Shown here one piece after another: positions 62,646-64,000 of a DNA stretch of 64,000 nucleotides (position 1 is the stretch's first letter; each line of letters begins with the position of its first letter). Origin of the DNA: Mobula hypostoma (Eukaryota); assembly GCF_963921235.1 (NCBI RefSeq), contig NC_086124.1, forward strand, positions 16,368,001 through 16,432,000, in the 5' to 3' direction. The translations under genes were made by a program, and so were the position numbers. The notes beneath the pieces are model-generated. The model searched no databases, had not been told where the DNA came from, and worked only from the letters and a program-made list of their open reading frames with translations.

Positions 62646-64000
62646 CTGTCCAATTTCCAACTTAGACAGAAGTAGCTTCCTCTCACGTTCCCCTTAAATA
62701 TTTCACCTTTCACCCTTCACCATTCACCTCTAGTTGTCGTCCCACTCAACCCCAGAGAAAAAAAAACTGCTCTCATTTACCTTATCTATCTCCTCACAAT
62801 TTTCTAGCTCTCAGAAATCTCCCTTCAATCGTCCACGTTCCAATAAATAAAGTTCTAAACTATTCAATCTTTCCTTATACCTTGGGGCTAATGCGAAGGC
62901 GTGACGGTCACAGTTCGTTCTCAATATCACCCATGCGCTCAGTGGACAAAAGTCCTGGGAGAATCGGTAGCAGAAAGTAACAGGGCTCTGGGTGGGGGTT
63001 TATGAGCACCGGCGTCTGCACCATGACCCTGGGACAATCGCTGTGAGCCCGGACATGCTGTGGCCCAGCAGTCCGGAATAATCTCAGTTGTTTCCATCTG
63101 TTTCAGTGCCACGATCCGTACCCAGGCCCCGGGAAGCTTTTGCGGATGAGCGAAGGTACTCGCACCATTTCGCATGCGCATTGCTGGGGCACTGTGACAG
63201 GTAGATCGGCCTCTCCTTTGTGGTGCTTTCTGGGTAGAGAGGCAGCCATGGGTGACACTTCCACCGGTTTCCCCACCAGTCTGCAGTGCGTGTTTGGAAG
63301 CACGAACGGTGGAATGGAAGCGGATGGTTCTGCCAGACAATGTCGTACTCCACCTATCCAAGTCCAAGGATGAGTAACTCGTGACAAAATATAGAGAATC
63401 GTCCCGTTAATGGAAATGATTCTGCTGCATGGAAAAAAGAATACAATCTTTCCATCGGCTTTAATTTTTGAGAAAATCACCTTTGTTCGAGCTCTTCTTC
63501 TGGACCTTTCTACCTGTGAGAACAAGTTTTGCCCATCTCCTGGTACATAGGGGACATAATGGTATCAAACACCTTTGTCCTGAGTAACAAGTGACCTGCA
63601 GCTTTCACATCACAGAAGTGCCACACTCCAATGAGAAATCCTGCTGCCCTCCTCTTCATATTCATTGGCATTGCCACTGATTATTTTAACACTGTCAATC
63701 ACCTGTGTTTGGGGGTGGGGGGTAGAGGGAAAGGGAGTCAGATTAATTAGAAATTCTTAGGATTACCTGCCGTAACATAGAAACTAAAATTATTTCATCT
63801 GAGATGTCACCCTTCACACATCAATATTTTTTGTAATTCATTTTACAGGTTAGCAATGGCAAATAATTTGTGCAGGGGAATCTCAAACATAACAAAATGT
63901 TAGTTTTGCTGTCTCTGTCCAAATATTTAATGAGTGACCAAATATTTCCTCAGTAACGTCAATATATCTGGTATTGATTCTTGGAGATGACAAACCACCC

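Overview
Vertebrate genomic DNA, most likely a cartilaginous fish (ray or shark). This is inferred from the H2B tail type and the CR1/Rex/Penelope/I-type repeat mix; it was not checked against a database. Bases 1 to ~41.7 kb are a tandem segmental array of a unit [TE-rich spacer, H2A pseudogene, ~600 bp intergenic, intact replication-dependent H2B], with all histone genes on the minus strand. Four units are complete, and the first bases of the window look like the upstream flank of a fifth H2B. All four H2B genes are intact and almost identical in protein. All four H2A partners share inactivating lesions, so they died before the unit was amplified. One intact H2A (56.6-57.0 kb) has the same upstream sequence but no H2B. 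The spacers contain a decayed divergent H2B, a full-length DD34E Tc1 element, Penelope fragments with minimal hammerhead ribozymes, and a retrovirus-like LTR element. That element has a tRNA-Asn primer site, a coiled-coil Gag with one CCHC knuckle, and a protease in the same frame after a single TGA. The 42-64 kb region holds a C2H2 zinc-finger pseudogene, LINE debris (CR1, Rex, RNase H-bearing I/Nimb-type), a probable solo LTR and two CpG-rich promoter-like patches. No H1, H3, H4, tRNA or rRNA genes were seen. Repeat boundaries were read by eye and are approximate.
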